A stretch of 62,921 nt of DNA, counting the filler, from Sphacelaria rigidula (Eukaryota): NCBI GenBank assembly GCA_964200075.2. It is 10 parts of 10 records of this genome, joined end to end, with 100 filler letters (N's around TTAATTAATTAA, not from the genome) between each part and the next. Parts side by side here need not be neighbours in the genome. Positions count along the whole stretch, not along the records: positions 18,909 to 25,110 come from CAXNAA020021541.1; positions 25,211 to 31,412 come from CAXNAA020021542.1; positions 31,513 to 37,714 come from CAXNAA020021543.1; 7 more parts are not named here. One strand, written 5' to 3'. The first letter of the stretch is position 1, and every line of letters begins with the position of its first letter. Shown here one piece after another: positions 23,387 through 34,543 of the stretch. The notes beneath the pieces were generated by a model. It was not told the origin of the DNA and did not search any database. It was given only the letters and a program-made list of their open reading frames with translations. A program made the translations under genes and the position numbers.

Positions 23387-25042
23387 ATGGGTTCTACACG
23401 AATGCCATTCACAGGCATCGTCTATTTAGGCGCCATTAGGACCTCCCAGATGTTGGAACGTTTTTATTGGTGCATTTGTATGGATCAGTGTTGTCGATGG
23501 TGGGTGAGGTGTTGTCTTTTGTGTCAGGCGCGAAAACCTTCTCGTCTAACAGTTCATTGGCCGATTGTTTCCATGCCACTCCCAAACAGACCTGGTGAAG
23601 TAGTGTCGTGGGACTATTTCGGTCCTTTGCCCCTGACGGATAGTGGGAATAAGTATATTTTGTTGTTTACGGATAGATTTACTCGACATGCGGTGATGCA
23701 CGCCGTCCCCCCCAGTAGTTATACCGCGGAAGATACCGCCAACATTCTTGTCTACATGTACATCCCGCTGTGGGGTGTGCCCAAACGCTTATTATCTGAC
23801 AACGGCCCGCATTTTTCTGGCAAACTTTCTGCCGCCGTCAGTGACCTTTTGGGTGCCCATCACATTTTTCCTTGTTCATATCACCCTTCCACCAATGGTG
23901 GAACGGAACGAGTGAACCATACGATGGCACAGATGCTTGCTGCTGTAGCGAATGAGAGACAGATGGACGGGGATCTGCACCTGCCTCTTGTCCAGATGAA
24001 CTACAACAATTCAGTCAATGCCGCTACGGCATTGTCGCCGAATGGAATTCATATTGGACGCATGCCTCGGTTAACGTTAACAGTATTCGAACGCAAAAAT
24101 AAAGGTGGACATCAGAGTCTGGATTGTGACGCTGCAGAGTATCATTTGTCGGTTAGCAATCGTCTCCGTCGTGCATATGAAGTGGTACGAGAACAGAACC
24201 AAATCAATTTGGCCAAGGTGGCCAGGGCGAACTCGATGTTGAATGATGTGGCGCATAACCGGCCGGTGTGGAAGGTAGGCCACTGGGCATGGGTGTATAA
24301 CGATGTGATTATCATCAATCAAGGGGGTAGCTCGAAATCATCATCTTTGGATAAAGTGTTGAAGGCGAAACTGTCCTTGAATTGGACCGGTCCTTGGGAA
24401 ATTTTAGCTGTTGGTTCGAGCGCTACCGCACCCGACAAGAGTCCGGTTGGAGCGAAATTTTTGTATTCAGATTTTCCCACGGATGAACCTGGTTTGAAAC
24501 CGGAAAATCGCGTCTCGATGCTACGAGGCAAACCGTGCATCCCCCCTCATGACTCTTCTGACATGCCCAAACAACTGCCGGTAGGGCTTAGCCAGTATGT
24601 GTTGACCAAGTATGCGATCAAAACTCCGCCGTATTATATGACGGTCGAGGATGCGGACGCACCCCTGGAACGCGTTGACGTAGAACGGATTTCGGGTCGT
24701 CAACTGGTTCGTGGTCGTGGAGGTAAGATAGCGGTGATGTATCAAACACATTGGAAGGGTATCATGCGTGTTACATGGGAGTGTGAGGTTGGTTTGTGTC
24801 ATTTTCGTCGGGAATTATTGCTGTACAGGGTAGGAGACCCCGTCCAACACTGCCCGCTGAATAAGAGATATCGGTCGATGCGCAAGGGAGCTGCCGCTCG
24901 GGAATTGGCACGTGAACACTCAGCGCGGTTTGTCGTAACAGGATATAGCCTTCTTTCGCGTTCACAATACATGCAGTGTTTCCACGGGAAACGATTGCCG
25001 AAAGGGGCGTATTTTTGGTATGAGGCTTTGGATTCACTGTGA
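23387..25042 (+). pseudogene. Gypsy integrase (Zn finger, DDE core, chromodomain-like C-terminal region)
   Basis: CLLCQ; WDYFGPLP, LLSDNGPHF, YHPSTNGGTERVN; VERISGRQLVRGRGGKIAVMYQTHWKGIMRVTWECE. Upstream frame is broken. Confidence 0.9.
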
Positions 25043-25210
25043 ACAGTGTTTTCGTGAGATTGGGAGTAGATGATACGATTGAGAGTGAAAAGCGGTCAAT
25101 CAGTGAATGANNNNNNNNNNNNNNNNNNNNNNNNNNNNNNNNNNNNNNNNNNNNTTAATTAATTAANNNNNNNNNNNNNNNNNNNNNNNNNNNNNNNNNN
25201 NNNNNNNNNN

Positions 25211-27720
25211 AATCCTCCGGGTTCTCATCCTCAATCAAAAGCACCATCCTCAACATAGATGATTGGCTGTTAATAAGGTCGTAAACCCGGTTAATTCGAA
25301 GGCTGTCCATCTCCTTGGTCATCGCAGCTGTCCATTTCTCTGCTTGAGGAAGTTTCATTGCTTCCTTGTACGTGGAAGGTACGATGAAAGTACTCTGTCC
25401 ATCCAGAATCTGGAGCTGCGTGTTGCTAACAGTGCAAATGTATTCGACGCAAGAGTTCATCCGGTAGTTGTGAGCTACATCAGGCATCACTGCGTCCATG
25501 TAAAAAGATTCGTTAAACTCGTGTACTACGTCAGTCTCCACAGCAGTCGCATAGAATATTTGAGCGGAGTAGGCTAGTCGTCTCAACTCATTGCGAGTCT
25601 GGACTGACAATTCACTAGTTTGAGCGTCTGGAGGCTGTACGGGTTGGGAATGTGAGCGCGTGCGTGCTCACGCCAGACGTAGGTCTTGCTCCGTCATCTG
25701 CAGAATTAACATGAGGACCAGAGTCAGCATCAGCACCAGTATTAGTAGAGGTAGAGCCACCAGTGGACGAGGTCTGTAAAAGCTTGCGTAATTGCTCGTC
25801 AGTTATGCGTTGTGAGCGGTCCACAGGGGCGTAAACGTTGCTGGTCGGAGACGGACGCAGGTCGGGAGTAGAGGTGTGCTGCCTAATATCGTGGAGGAGG
25901 TCGGTCTTGGTGTTGTAGCCAGATCCTCCCTCCCACGCCGAGTATGTGCCGAAGTCGACGTTTGTAGATTCGCCCGTCACCTGCGGTACATGTACTGCTG
26001 GGGTTTCGATGAACACAACATTCCTGATTTCAACGATTCTCCTTCTTTGGGCGTCCTATAGTCCCCAACCTTTGCTGTTGAAGGCATAACCTGCCATGAT
26101 GGCCTCGAATACCTTAGCCGCAAGCTTCTTCGTCTGTACTTCGATATGTACAAAAGCACGGGCACCAATCACACGAAGATGCGACAACTCCGGCTCAACC
26201 CCGTTGAGACGTTTAAACGGGGACTCCATGTTCAGCGCAGAGTGCGGAACACGATTCATCAGGTATGCAGCCATGTAGGCCAATTCACCCCAGAGAAAAG
26301 ATGGAAGCCCGCTGTCCGCCAGCAAGCATCGACTCATAGCAGCCAGCGTCCCTCCATCGCGATCGGAAACCCCAATCTGCTGAGGCGTGTTGGTGGCAGC
26401 AAACTCAATGCGAACTCCAGAGTTCGAACAGTATGTGTGAAACTCGTTTCCTGTGCACTCCCCTCCTTTGTCAGCACGGAGTCGCTTCACACGGGCTTCA
26501 CGTGGGATCACTTCCGTTTGGATGAAAGTCTGAAATATCTTCAGAGCATCGCCCTTTGACTGCGTGAGATATACGTACTTCGATCGCGTCAGAAAGTCCG
26601 TCAACTTGCGAATGTATTTAAATCCCCCAATTGCTTCTGAGGTAATCGGTCCCATCATATCACCAATTATTAGTTCGTACGGACGACATACTTTGTAGAC
26701 GGCAGTCTTGGGGTGAGCCTGTTGTTTACTTTTGCTCAACGCACATGTGTCGCACGAAGAAAGATTCCCCGTGAAAATCACCCCATTCCCGTCTATGCCT
26801 TGTATTGTGCGAAGTGTCTTGCTAGACACGTGTCCGAGGCGCCGATGCCACAATTCTGCGTCCGCTGTTGTTAACATCGCCACTGTATTTGTTGTTTCCC
26901 CTTCGGCTGAAGCCACCTGCTTTCCTGTACCCGCGCCGGCCGCACGATCCACGCGTATGATGAATGTGTATAAACCGTGGTCATGGAGTGACTGTTTCAG
27001 GGGTAGTTGGAAAGACGCGACTTCCAAGCGTGGATTCGCCGGGTCGAACACGACGTTGATTCCTCTTGTGACAGCGTTCTTGACGGAGAACAAATGGCGC
27101 CCCAGACCTGGTACTACATACGATGGGAGAGATACTTCGTGAGAGACTCCATGCTGATCTGTCACCTTTCCTAGGACAGTAACTGAAGCTATAGCATTTA
27201 AAACATGTCCTCCGGCCGCAGTTATTTGGAAGGGATTGAGTAAAATTGTGTAATCGGGAAAAGTCTCCAGTAAGCCAGGATTCAAAAAGTTGTCAACAAA
27301 ATTGTCGGTTGTCCCGCTGTCGACCAGTAGCGAGAGTAGAGTGTCAGAAGCAAGCAAAGCTACACCCATAGTAGGATGTACCGTTCTACTTTCCGTGGCT
27401 TCCCCAATCGCTACGTATGACCGACCGTCCCCGGCGGGTTGCACTCCAGGCTGAATCGGTCTCCCCAGGGAGAGAGTTGAAGCTGGTTGATTGAAAAAAG
27501 ACATCGTAGCTGGGGCCATGGCAGAAAATGAGAAGCCTCCATTCTGAGCTGTGGGGTCACTAACCGCTGTACCCACAGCTTCTGAACTACCAGCAGCTGG
27601 GTACCCTGTTGCTGTAGCACCAGCCGTTGGTTGCGACTGGTGTGAGGGTGCACCGATGACTGCGTTAGAAGGGTACGCCGCCATATGCGCGTAGTGCGCC
27701 ACACCAGCAGCGGCACTCTC
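25211..27720 (-). mobile_element. Ty1/Copia retrotransposon fragment (gag end, protease, GAG-pre-integrase, integrase, RT start)
   Basis: ORF 26056-27702 has LLVDSGTT, ELWHRRLGH...CDTCALSK, RLRADKGGE, TPQQIGVSDR; then PSTYKEAM...WTAAMTKEMDSL. Confidence 0.95.
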
Positions 27721-28180
27721 TTTTTTTTACAAATATTTGCGACCTTCGGGCCTTGTGGGGTGCAATAAGTGGAAAGCGTTAACTCTTACCGTTTCTTGGC
27801 TGTTTTCGACATTTGACGAGATTTACGCACAATAAACACCACCCCCTTAAATTGACAAGCGATGGCGCGCGGGTTCAATGGCGGTATTTTTTCAAACATG
27901 GTATCTGTTGTGAAGGACTGTTGACGAGGCAGTACACCGCGTATCGTAATCCTTGAGGTAACCATCAGCCGCGGAGCAGTTCGTCCATCTCAGTCAGCGT
28001 ATGTCCATGCATTACTTCGTATGTTTGGTTTTGTTGAAAACTAATCTTGAAATAGATATCTCGAAGCCTCCGTGATCAGCCGGTTAATGAGGAAGGGGTC
28101 AGCGGAAAAAACTGCCTGAGACGTCTCCGTTCGGACAAGGGCTTGGGATACATGCGAACTTGTTGTCGCTCTTCAATGTT

Positions 28181-28633
28181 TTAGCGTGCTGCTACTCCTA
28201 ACGAAGTATTTCGCATGTATCCCTGCAATGTTTTGATGTATTCTCTGCGGTTGTTCGAAATTCCCGCGTCGGGGGCCCCTCCTCCGCCGGTCCCACCCGC
28301 ACCACCACAACTACTTCCACCGACGGCACGTGCGCCGCCCTTGCCTCCGGCTGCCTGGGCATTGCACATGTACCGGCATCGATCACCCCAGCGACAGTAC
28401 CCCCGTGGTTGGCGAACATAGTACAAGGCTGATGTTGCCGGGTTTGCCGACGCACCAACGGCCCGGTCCTTCCGTTCCCGTCACCTCCGTGACCCCCTCC
28501 GAACGACGAACCGGGACCGCCGCGGGTACTGACCCCGTCGCCGCCCCCCGCCTCAACCCCTCCCGACGCATCAACGTCCCCCACTTGTACCATCTTCATC
28601 GCTTCATCCCCGGTCTTTGTGAACAAGCGCACC
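28181..28633 (-). pseudogene. Gly-rich exon-like segment with a frameshifted CCCH-type zinc finger
   Basis: Acceptor ctcacgcag|; removing one G of a G5 run gives CTMFANHGYCRWGDRCRYMC (C-x8-C-x5-C-x3-C). Confidence 0.5.
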
Positions 28634-28848
28634 TGCGTGAGGGCGGGAGTGTGGGCAAGGGAAAAGAGCAAAAAATATGCCGTCGGGCGGTGGGGAAAGA
28701 GCCGTGGCATATGTGCGATGCGACCACAGAACAAAGTCGTGACTCCCGCTCCCGGCAAACGCCCGAGTGCCTACTCCAGCAGTACCGAATGATCCGGCAA
28801 AAAACGTTTGCGGCTAGTCGCGGAGCCGGTAGCGCTATTGTAGGGTGA

Positions 28849-29209
28849 TTTTGTTAAGATACCGATTGACTGGTGAGCTCAGCAGTCAATCGGTAACTTA
28901 ACAAAAGCTAAGTTCTTGGGTTCGGATCCCTGTGCGAGCATAAGCATTCTGCGATGTCGCGACGATGCGGTCGAATGAAAAACGGAAAAACACTGAGAAT
29001 TTGACTTCGATATCGAGCACCGGGTGCAGGTCGAAGTCTACCGGTTGAACTGAACAGCGTTGGTTACAGGGATAGCAACCCTGGGGTGAGAGTACTCGGG
29101 GTCATGCGACAGACCCATCGAACTTAGCTTTTGTTAAGATACCGATTGACTGCTGAGCTACACAGCCAGCGCTGGCTGTTTAGCTCAGCAGTCAATCGGT
29201 AACTTGACA
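28849..29209. repeat. Two near-perfect loopless palindromes sharing the same arm
   Basis: 28849-28906 centred on GAGCTC; 29132-29209 centred on AGCGCT; shared arm TGTTAAGATACCGATTGACTGSTGAGCT. Confidence 0.92.
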
Positions 29210-31782
29210 GTATCAATTGTAAGCAGCCCAGAGTAGAGATCATTCTTGGAAGAGGGCTGATCACAACCCGCACAGTCAACCAGCGCAGCAGGCGTTGATC
29301 GGCGGTGGATGAATCAGCATAGCAAAGGACGAGCGTCACAAAACAGATCCCAGGCGGCTGCTGCTGAAAACCTGCCCTCATCTGAAAACTCATTGCTTGA
29401 AATTGGTTCTGTGTACTTAGAGCTGCGGGCGCCACACTTTTGACACAAGCACTGTCGCTAACCGTGTCTGGCGTGAAGCATTCACGTCGTAACCTAAAAC
29501 GTCCATGCTTTGACAAAACATGTGCGTGCCTCCCGGACTGTCGAAACGCCGTGTCTGTAAGTCCGGATATTGTCTGTAAGAGGACGTTGTCCGTTGCCAC
29601 GTACGCCGGCAAGGTGCTGAGCAGAACCTAGATATATCGAGCGAATTGAAGCGGCAAAGTTGAGCTTCCAACCCTCAAATATATCACCGAGCCTGAAGGG
29701 TGCTGCTTAGCTGTGTTTCTTCGCGCCTTGGTCCATTACGGGGCAAAGATTGACGACAAAAGTGGCATATAAAGTGCTGCCCACGTGCCCGATTGGTTGG
29801 TACGCCCTACAAACTAAGAGGAAGCGCAATGCTGGGGTCATACACGAGGTGCGCCTCCATAACATGGAAGAGAAACGAAACTACGCTGTGCTGCTCTGAA
29901 AACATGTGCGTTAGTGTGGTACAGTGGCTGCTGACGAAGTCTCCTACACCAGATTTGAGGTCCTGCTCTTGTCTGTCCGGGTACGCCGGATGCCGGACTA
30001 CTTGTGTGTGTATCTTTCGCATCAAGTTCCAACTCGAATATCGAGCTCGATTTTTTGCTCCGATGAATGTTACAGGTATGTACACCTTCGGCCACCAGGA
30101 GGGCAACTGGAGCTACAATATCATGCGGGACAACCACCAGTACGGGTGAGTTTAGTATTCGTCGTGTGCTCCGCTGGGTAGTTATGGTATGCCATCGTCC
30201 GTGGGTAGTGCGTCCGGCCAGTGGTGAGACCCGCAACTTCGAGAGTCTTGAAGAGTAATGTGTTGTCCTGCTGCTGATCTCAACGAAATGCAAACAATGA
30301 AAGGATTCCTGGTGCCGTGACCGATTCAATGTGAGAACGTCCAGGGTCGCAGACGTTGGGCACCCGGCGCTTTACGCTGCTCTCCCCGAAGTTGTATCTT
30401 TCACCTGAGGTTGTACGGACGTGGTATTGGAACGACGGCAGAAACATAACAAAAAATAGACGTAGCGGAAGGAGCACACCAGTAACCACGGGACCAGTTC
30501 TCAGCGTCAATGGTTTCTTGCTCGCGGTGGCAACACCGCCGGAATCGCAACGTTGAGGAGACCTCTTGCGAACTTGTCGATCTTAACAGTTCGAATTTCA
30601 CCCGAGATTTTGCACGGTTCATGGGTGGCATACTCCGTATACTTTCCCGCCTCGGCGATCTTTGTTGGTTTGTTGTGACCCCGCACCTTCCCGCTTTTTG
30701 TCCATCGTATTGCTGTGTTGGCACTGACGTGCCACAATATTCGACGATTTTGGGGGAAACTGCACCGGACGCCAATCACGGGACGTCAGATTCGACCCCG
30801 ACGATGACAGCGACTACCTCACCATCTCCCACAACGTGGTCTACAACAACCAAAACCATGGTGGGTAATCCGCGTTCAGCACCGTTTCTGTTGATTGTAT
30901 TGTTGAAAGTATGGCTGTGGCTTGTGTACAACACCCAACGTTCGACTGTCAATTCGACAGGAACACGGTTCACGTGAACCCAGCTCTGACCAGAGAGCTC
31001 GCGGGGGCTGCACAGTGCTATGAATCACTTGCTTGCGCCATTGAAGAAGATAGCGCTTCATCTCGCCGAATAAACACAATGAAACACGTGGTTGCTTATT
31101 CACACAGAAACCAATAACAAGCTGATAGGCTTGACTGAGTGGAGAAAAATGGAGAGTGACCACGAGGTGGCATCTCAGAAAACTGTGCTATCTCAACAAA
31201 ATCTTTTGTACTATACACTGTACGACCTCTCCATTCATCAATCAACAACAAAGTGTGCGAATTGAGGTTTAACTCCGAGACGAGGTTCAAGCCTAAAACA
31301 GTGGTTTTCCCATACTTTCAGCGATGGTGACCGATGACGTTTTGGTCGGCCTAATGCCCCTCGATCGCGTAGATACCTTTTCAGCGCAATTCGTCGACTC
31401 TGTGAGCTTACANNNNNNNNNNNNNNNNNNNNNNNNNNNNNNNNNNNNNNNNNNNNTTAATTAATTAANNNNNNNNNNNNNNNNNNNNNNNNNNNNNNNN
31501 NNNNNNNNNNNNTGTTTCTTCTTTTGTTTCTCCCCCCCCCCCCCCCCTCTTTTTTTTTTTCCTTCCCCCCCCCCCCCCCCCCCCAGTACGCCCCCCCGTC
31601 TCTCTGCTCTCTCTCTCTCTCTTTCTCATGTTTTTTTGCTCATGTTTTTTCCTTTTTTTCTGGTTTCCGTCTCGCTCAAAAGTTTTCTACTCACTTTTTT
31701 TCCGCCTCCATTTTTTTTTTTTTTCAAACTTTTTCTTTCTTGTTTGATATTTTTCTGTTTTTTTTTCGGTGGGAATACACAG

Positions 31783-31886
31783 TGAAGGGAGGAACTGCGC
31801 AACACCAGTCCCCGAGAGAAAAAGTGGTCAAATTCCTCGAGATTCGGACTCAGAAATGGGGCGTCTTCTCCTCCGTTTGGAACGAG
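31783..31886 (+). CDS. FKS1: Exon of 1,3-beta-glucan (callose) synthase, GT48
   Basis: cacag|..KGGTAQHQSPREKVVKFLEIRTQKWGVFSSVWNE|gtatga; 'FxxxWNE' motif of FKS/GSL proteins. Confidence 0.82.
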
Positions 31887-32434
31887 GTATGACTTTGATT
31901 GATCGTTCTTGACTGCTTGCGAGGGAGTCACGTTGTGTTCAACGTATGCTCGCCACGGGCTCGTGTGAGGCGGGCTCGTGCTATTCGGATCATCACATGA
32001 AGGTCCCTGGTGTACAATGCCCCCAAGACTGTATGTCTCAGACATTGTCATCGTCCATATGTGTGTCCCAGTGACGCTGATTTTTGTACGTGTTCTTGTG
32101 TTGTTGTTCTCTGTTCTTTTGGGTGTATTTTGTGTGTCTGTGTGTGTCCGGAGCCGCTTTGTAGAATCTGAAGAAAATTCACTTGAAAAATGTAGGAGAC
32201 ATTTTGATTTCGGTAACATTTTTCAGAGAGTCCCGTCTCGAAATCCCGCCTCATGGTTCGTGACAGAATCTCGGGGGTTGGTACACACCCCGAGGCCACC
32301 ATCTCACCTTCGTGCAGACGGTGGTCGTGGTCATCCTTTGCATTTTGAAAACAGCATCCAGGGTGCGCCCCACGTGCGTCAATCACTCAGAGCCATATCC
32401 ACACATCAACATGCGGAACGCAACAAACGAAGTA

Positions 32435-32842
32435 CATATCAATGCCTTCGCCATCGCCAGCGCCATCGATAGTCGTGTCGTGTTGAGGACTTGCGCGATG
32501 GGTACTCCAACATCTTTCTGAGTCCCGTACTGGGGTTTTCGGGGTGGCGTATTTCAAACAGCTGCAGGCAGTGCGCGTTGTGTACGCGGCCCTGTTGGTC
32601 CAGGACCGTCGCAGAGACTTTTAACTACAACATCATTGAGCTTGTTGTAGTTCAAAGTCTCTGCGATGGTCCTGAACCCACAGGGCCGCGTACATAATGC
32701 GCATTGCCTGTAGCTGTTGAAGATAGGCCATCCCGAGAACCCCAATGTGACAATCAGAAACACGCCGGAATACCCATCGTGCAAGTGCCCAACACGGCAC
32801 GACAATCGATGGCGCTGGCGCTGGCCAGAAAGCGTTTGTATG
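32435..32842 (+). ncRNA. Long intronic foldback, candidate miRNA/hpRNA precursor
   Basis: ~195-bp arms around a ~10-nt loop (32633-32642); non-Watson-Crick positions are mostly G:U on the + (host-gene) strand. Confidence 0.6.
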
Positions 32843-34033
32843 CAGTGTGTCGTTGGGTCCTACCCAGTGTTGCGCCAAAAAAAAAAAACATGTTTCGGAA
32901 GAGAATTTGACCGCTTTTCCCCCCTTGCGCTCACTGCTGCAACTCGCAGCACCACAGATGGAACTGTTGACTGTGGTCCTCATAACATATGACCGAAGTT
33001 ACAGCGCGTGTAGGGCCGTGCGTCATGAACTGCGCACCTCTGCAGACAACATGCCGATCGGTACAATACCGATGGCCATGATCCAGAAAGGGCCGTAGTA
33101 CAGACCGGTGTCATTTTGCTACAATATCGGCCGCCCAGCCGCAGAATATGTCGAAGTTAGTGGACGTGCGGGTGCATATGTGCATTTTTCTCTAGCACAC
33201 GAAGTCTGGACTGCGGGATAGCCGCTTTGAGGACGCATCGACGGCATTCCCCGAAATCACTTGTGGCCGTGTTGGTAATCTGTGCGGGGCTCAATGGTGC
33301 GGTCGCTTGGCGCGTATGTTGCCTGTGTTGTGTCCGACTCGTGCGCAACGTTTCATGAGGGAACGCTAAGTCGCAGGCGAGAAATCCCACAACGAAAGTT
33401 GCTCTAAAAATTGGGGATTTACTGTATAGGTAGGTATCGAAATAAACACGAGATTCGGTTACGCCCTGGTTACGCCGCGTATCAGATGCGGTTACGCAGT
33501 ATTACGGTACAGTTATGCCCGTGAGTGAAGGCCTTACCGACCAAAAATCCGCTGCCAACAAAAGATAAACTAAAGGCGGAGGGATATTGAAGACGTATTG
33601 ATGACGTCATTGACTGGTCGGACGTGTGCCGAATCTCAGCCGAACATAGCACACGCTCCATCCCAAGCTACCTAGGTTTAGTATGCGACAGCTGTATTTT
33701 TTCATCGCATATTTCTTGAGACAGGAAGCACGCCGGCCTGTGGCACTTTACAGCCCCCCGCGCACACACTATACCTATTCAACGTGATCTCTGCACCCGT
33801 GTATGCGTCACACCAATTATTTTGTGTCATGTTGAACATGGATTACGTTAGTCATGGTGCACATCAATTGCCAAGCATGTTTTAAGGTGTACCGTTAGAT
33901 GCTTCCCCTCGCACCCTCTGGCACGAGCGCGTTAACGGACGCAGTGCCGCATGCCCCCGCTTCAAACGTGGTTCCACGTGACCAACTTGTCTTATCGTTG
34001 TGCTGGTGGATGCGATCGTTTTCATTTGCTCAG

Positions 34034-34123
34034 GTCATCAACAAGATGCGGCTCAGCGACGTCATCAGCAACTCGGAACAGAATATCCTCAAGTTCCACC
34101 AGTTTAAGGATTTCGCGAAGCCG
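34034..34123 (+). CDS. FKS1: Exon of 1,3-beta-glucan synthase
   Basis: ctcag|VINKMRLSDVISNSEQNILKFHQFKDFAKP|gtgcgt completes 'WNE-IIxxMRxEDLISxxE'. Confidence 0.85.
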
Positions 34124-34184
34124 GTGCGTGTTGGATTTTGAGATCGTTGCTGCTTTTCCCATACCTATGTATGCATGTGTTGTT

Positions 34185-34543
34185 GTGTGTTGTGTTGTCA
34201 TCCCATCTATTCTAGACCCCAGTCTACACCTTTCGATGTATGTGGCTGCATCAGCAGGGTTCACACAGGGGAAAGACCAACGCAGGAGTCTTCTTGTTTT
34301 GTTTTCGTACTCTACCTTCCTTTTGCGGTGCTTGGCTTTTTTATCGTGATGGGGGTTCAGCAGTTCCTTTGTCTTATCGACCGCGAAGTTGAATTTCGTG
34401 TGCTCACGACACAGTGGTCGTTCTTCACTATTGGGCACAGTGTAAGAAAAATCCTAGATCGTGTGACTTCACCGAGATTCGAACCCACGACCCGGCCGTC
34501 AGGAGGTTTCGAGGTTACCAACTGAACCACCGGGGCGACCGGC
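34185..34543 (-). mobile_element. Near full-length tRNA-derived SINE (~360 bp) with (CAA/ACA)n tail
   Basis: Minus strand A-box TGGTTCAGTTGG, B-box GGTTCGAATCTC, body, then ACAACACAACACACAACAAC tail. Confidence 0.8.

Larger units (their letters stand above)
18909..25042 (+). mobile_element. Degenerate Ty3/Gypsy pol (PR-RT-RNaseH-IN-chromodomain-like), same family as contig 1
   Basis: LPDSGSPQTF; SPWASPLVVVRKKNGKIRLTVNY; YLDD at 21522-21533; LRSLLGGLSYYRQY; integrase ORF 23387-25042. In-frame stops and frameshifts. Confidence 0.96.

Noticed and set aside
30310..30323. TGGTGCCGTGAC resembling a tRNA-His primer-binding site
   Set aside because: Only ~12 nt, not preceded by an LTR-terminal CA and no gag downstream.
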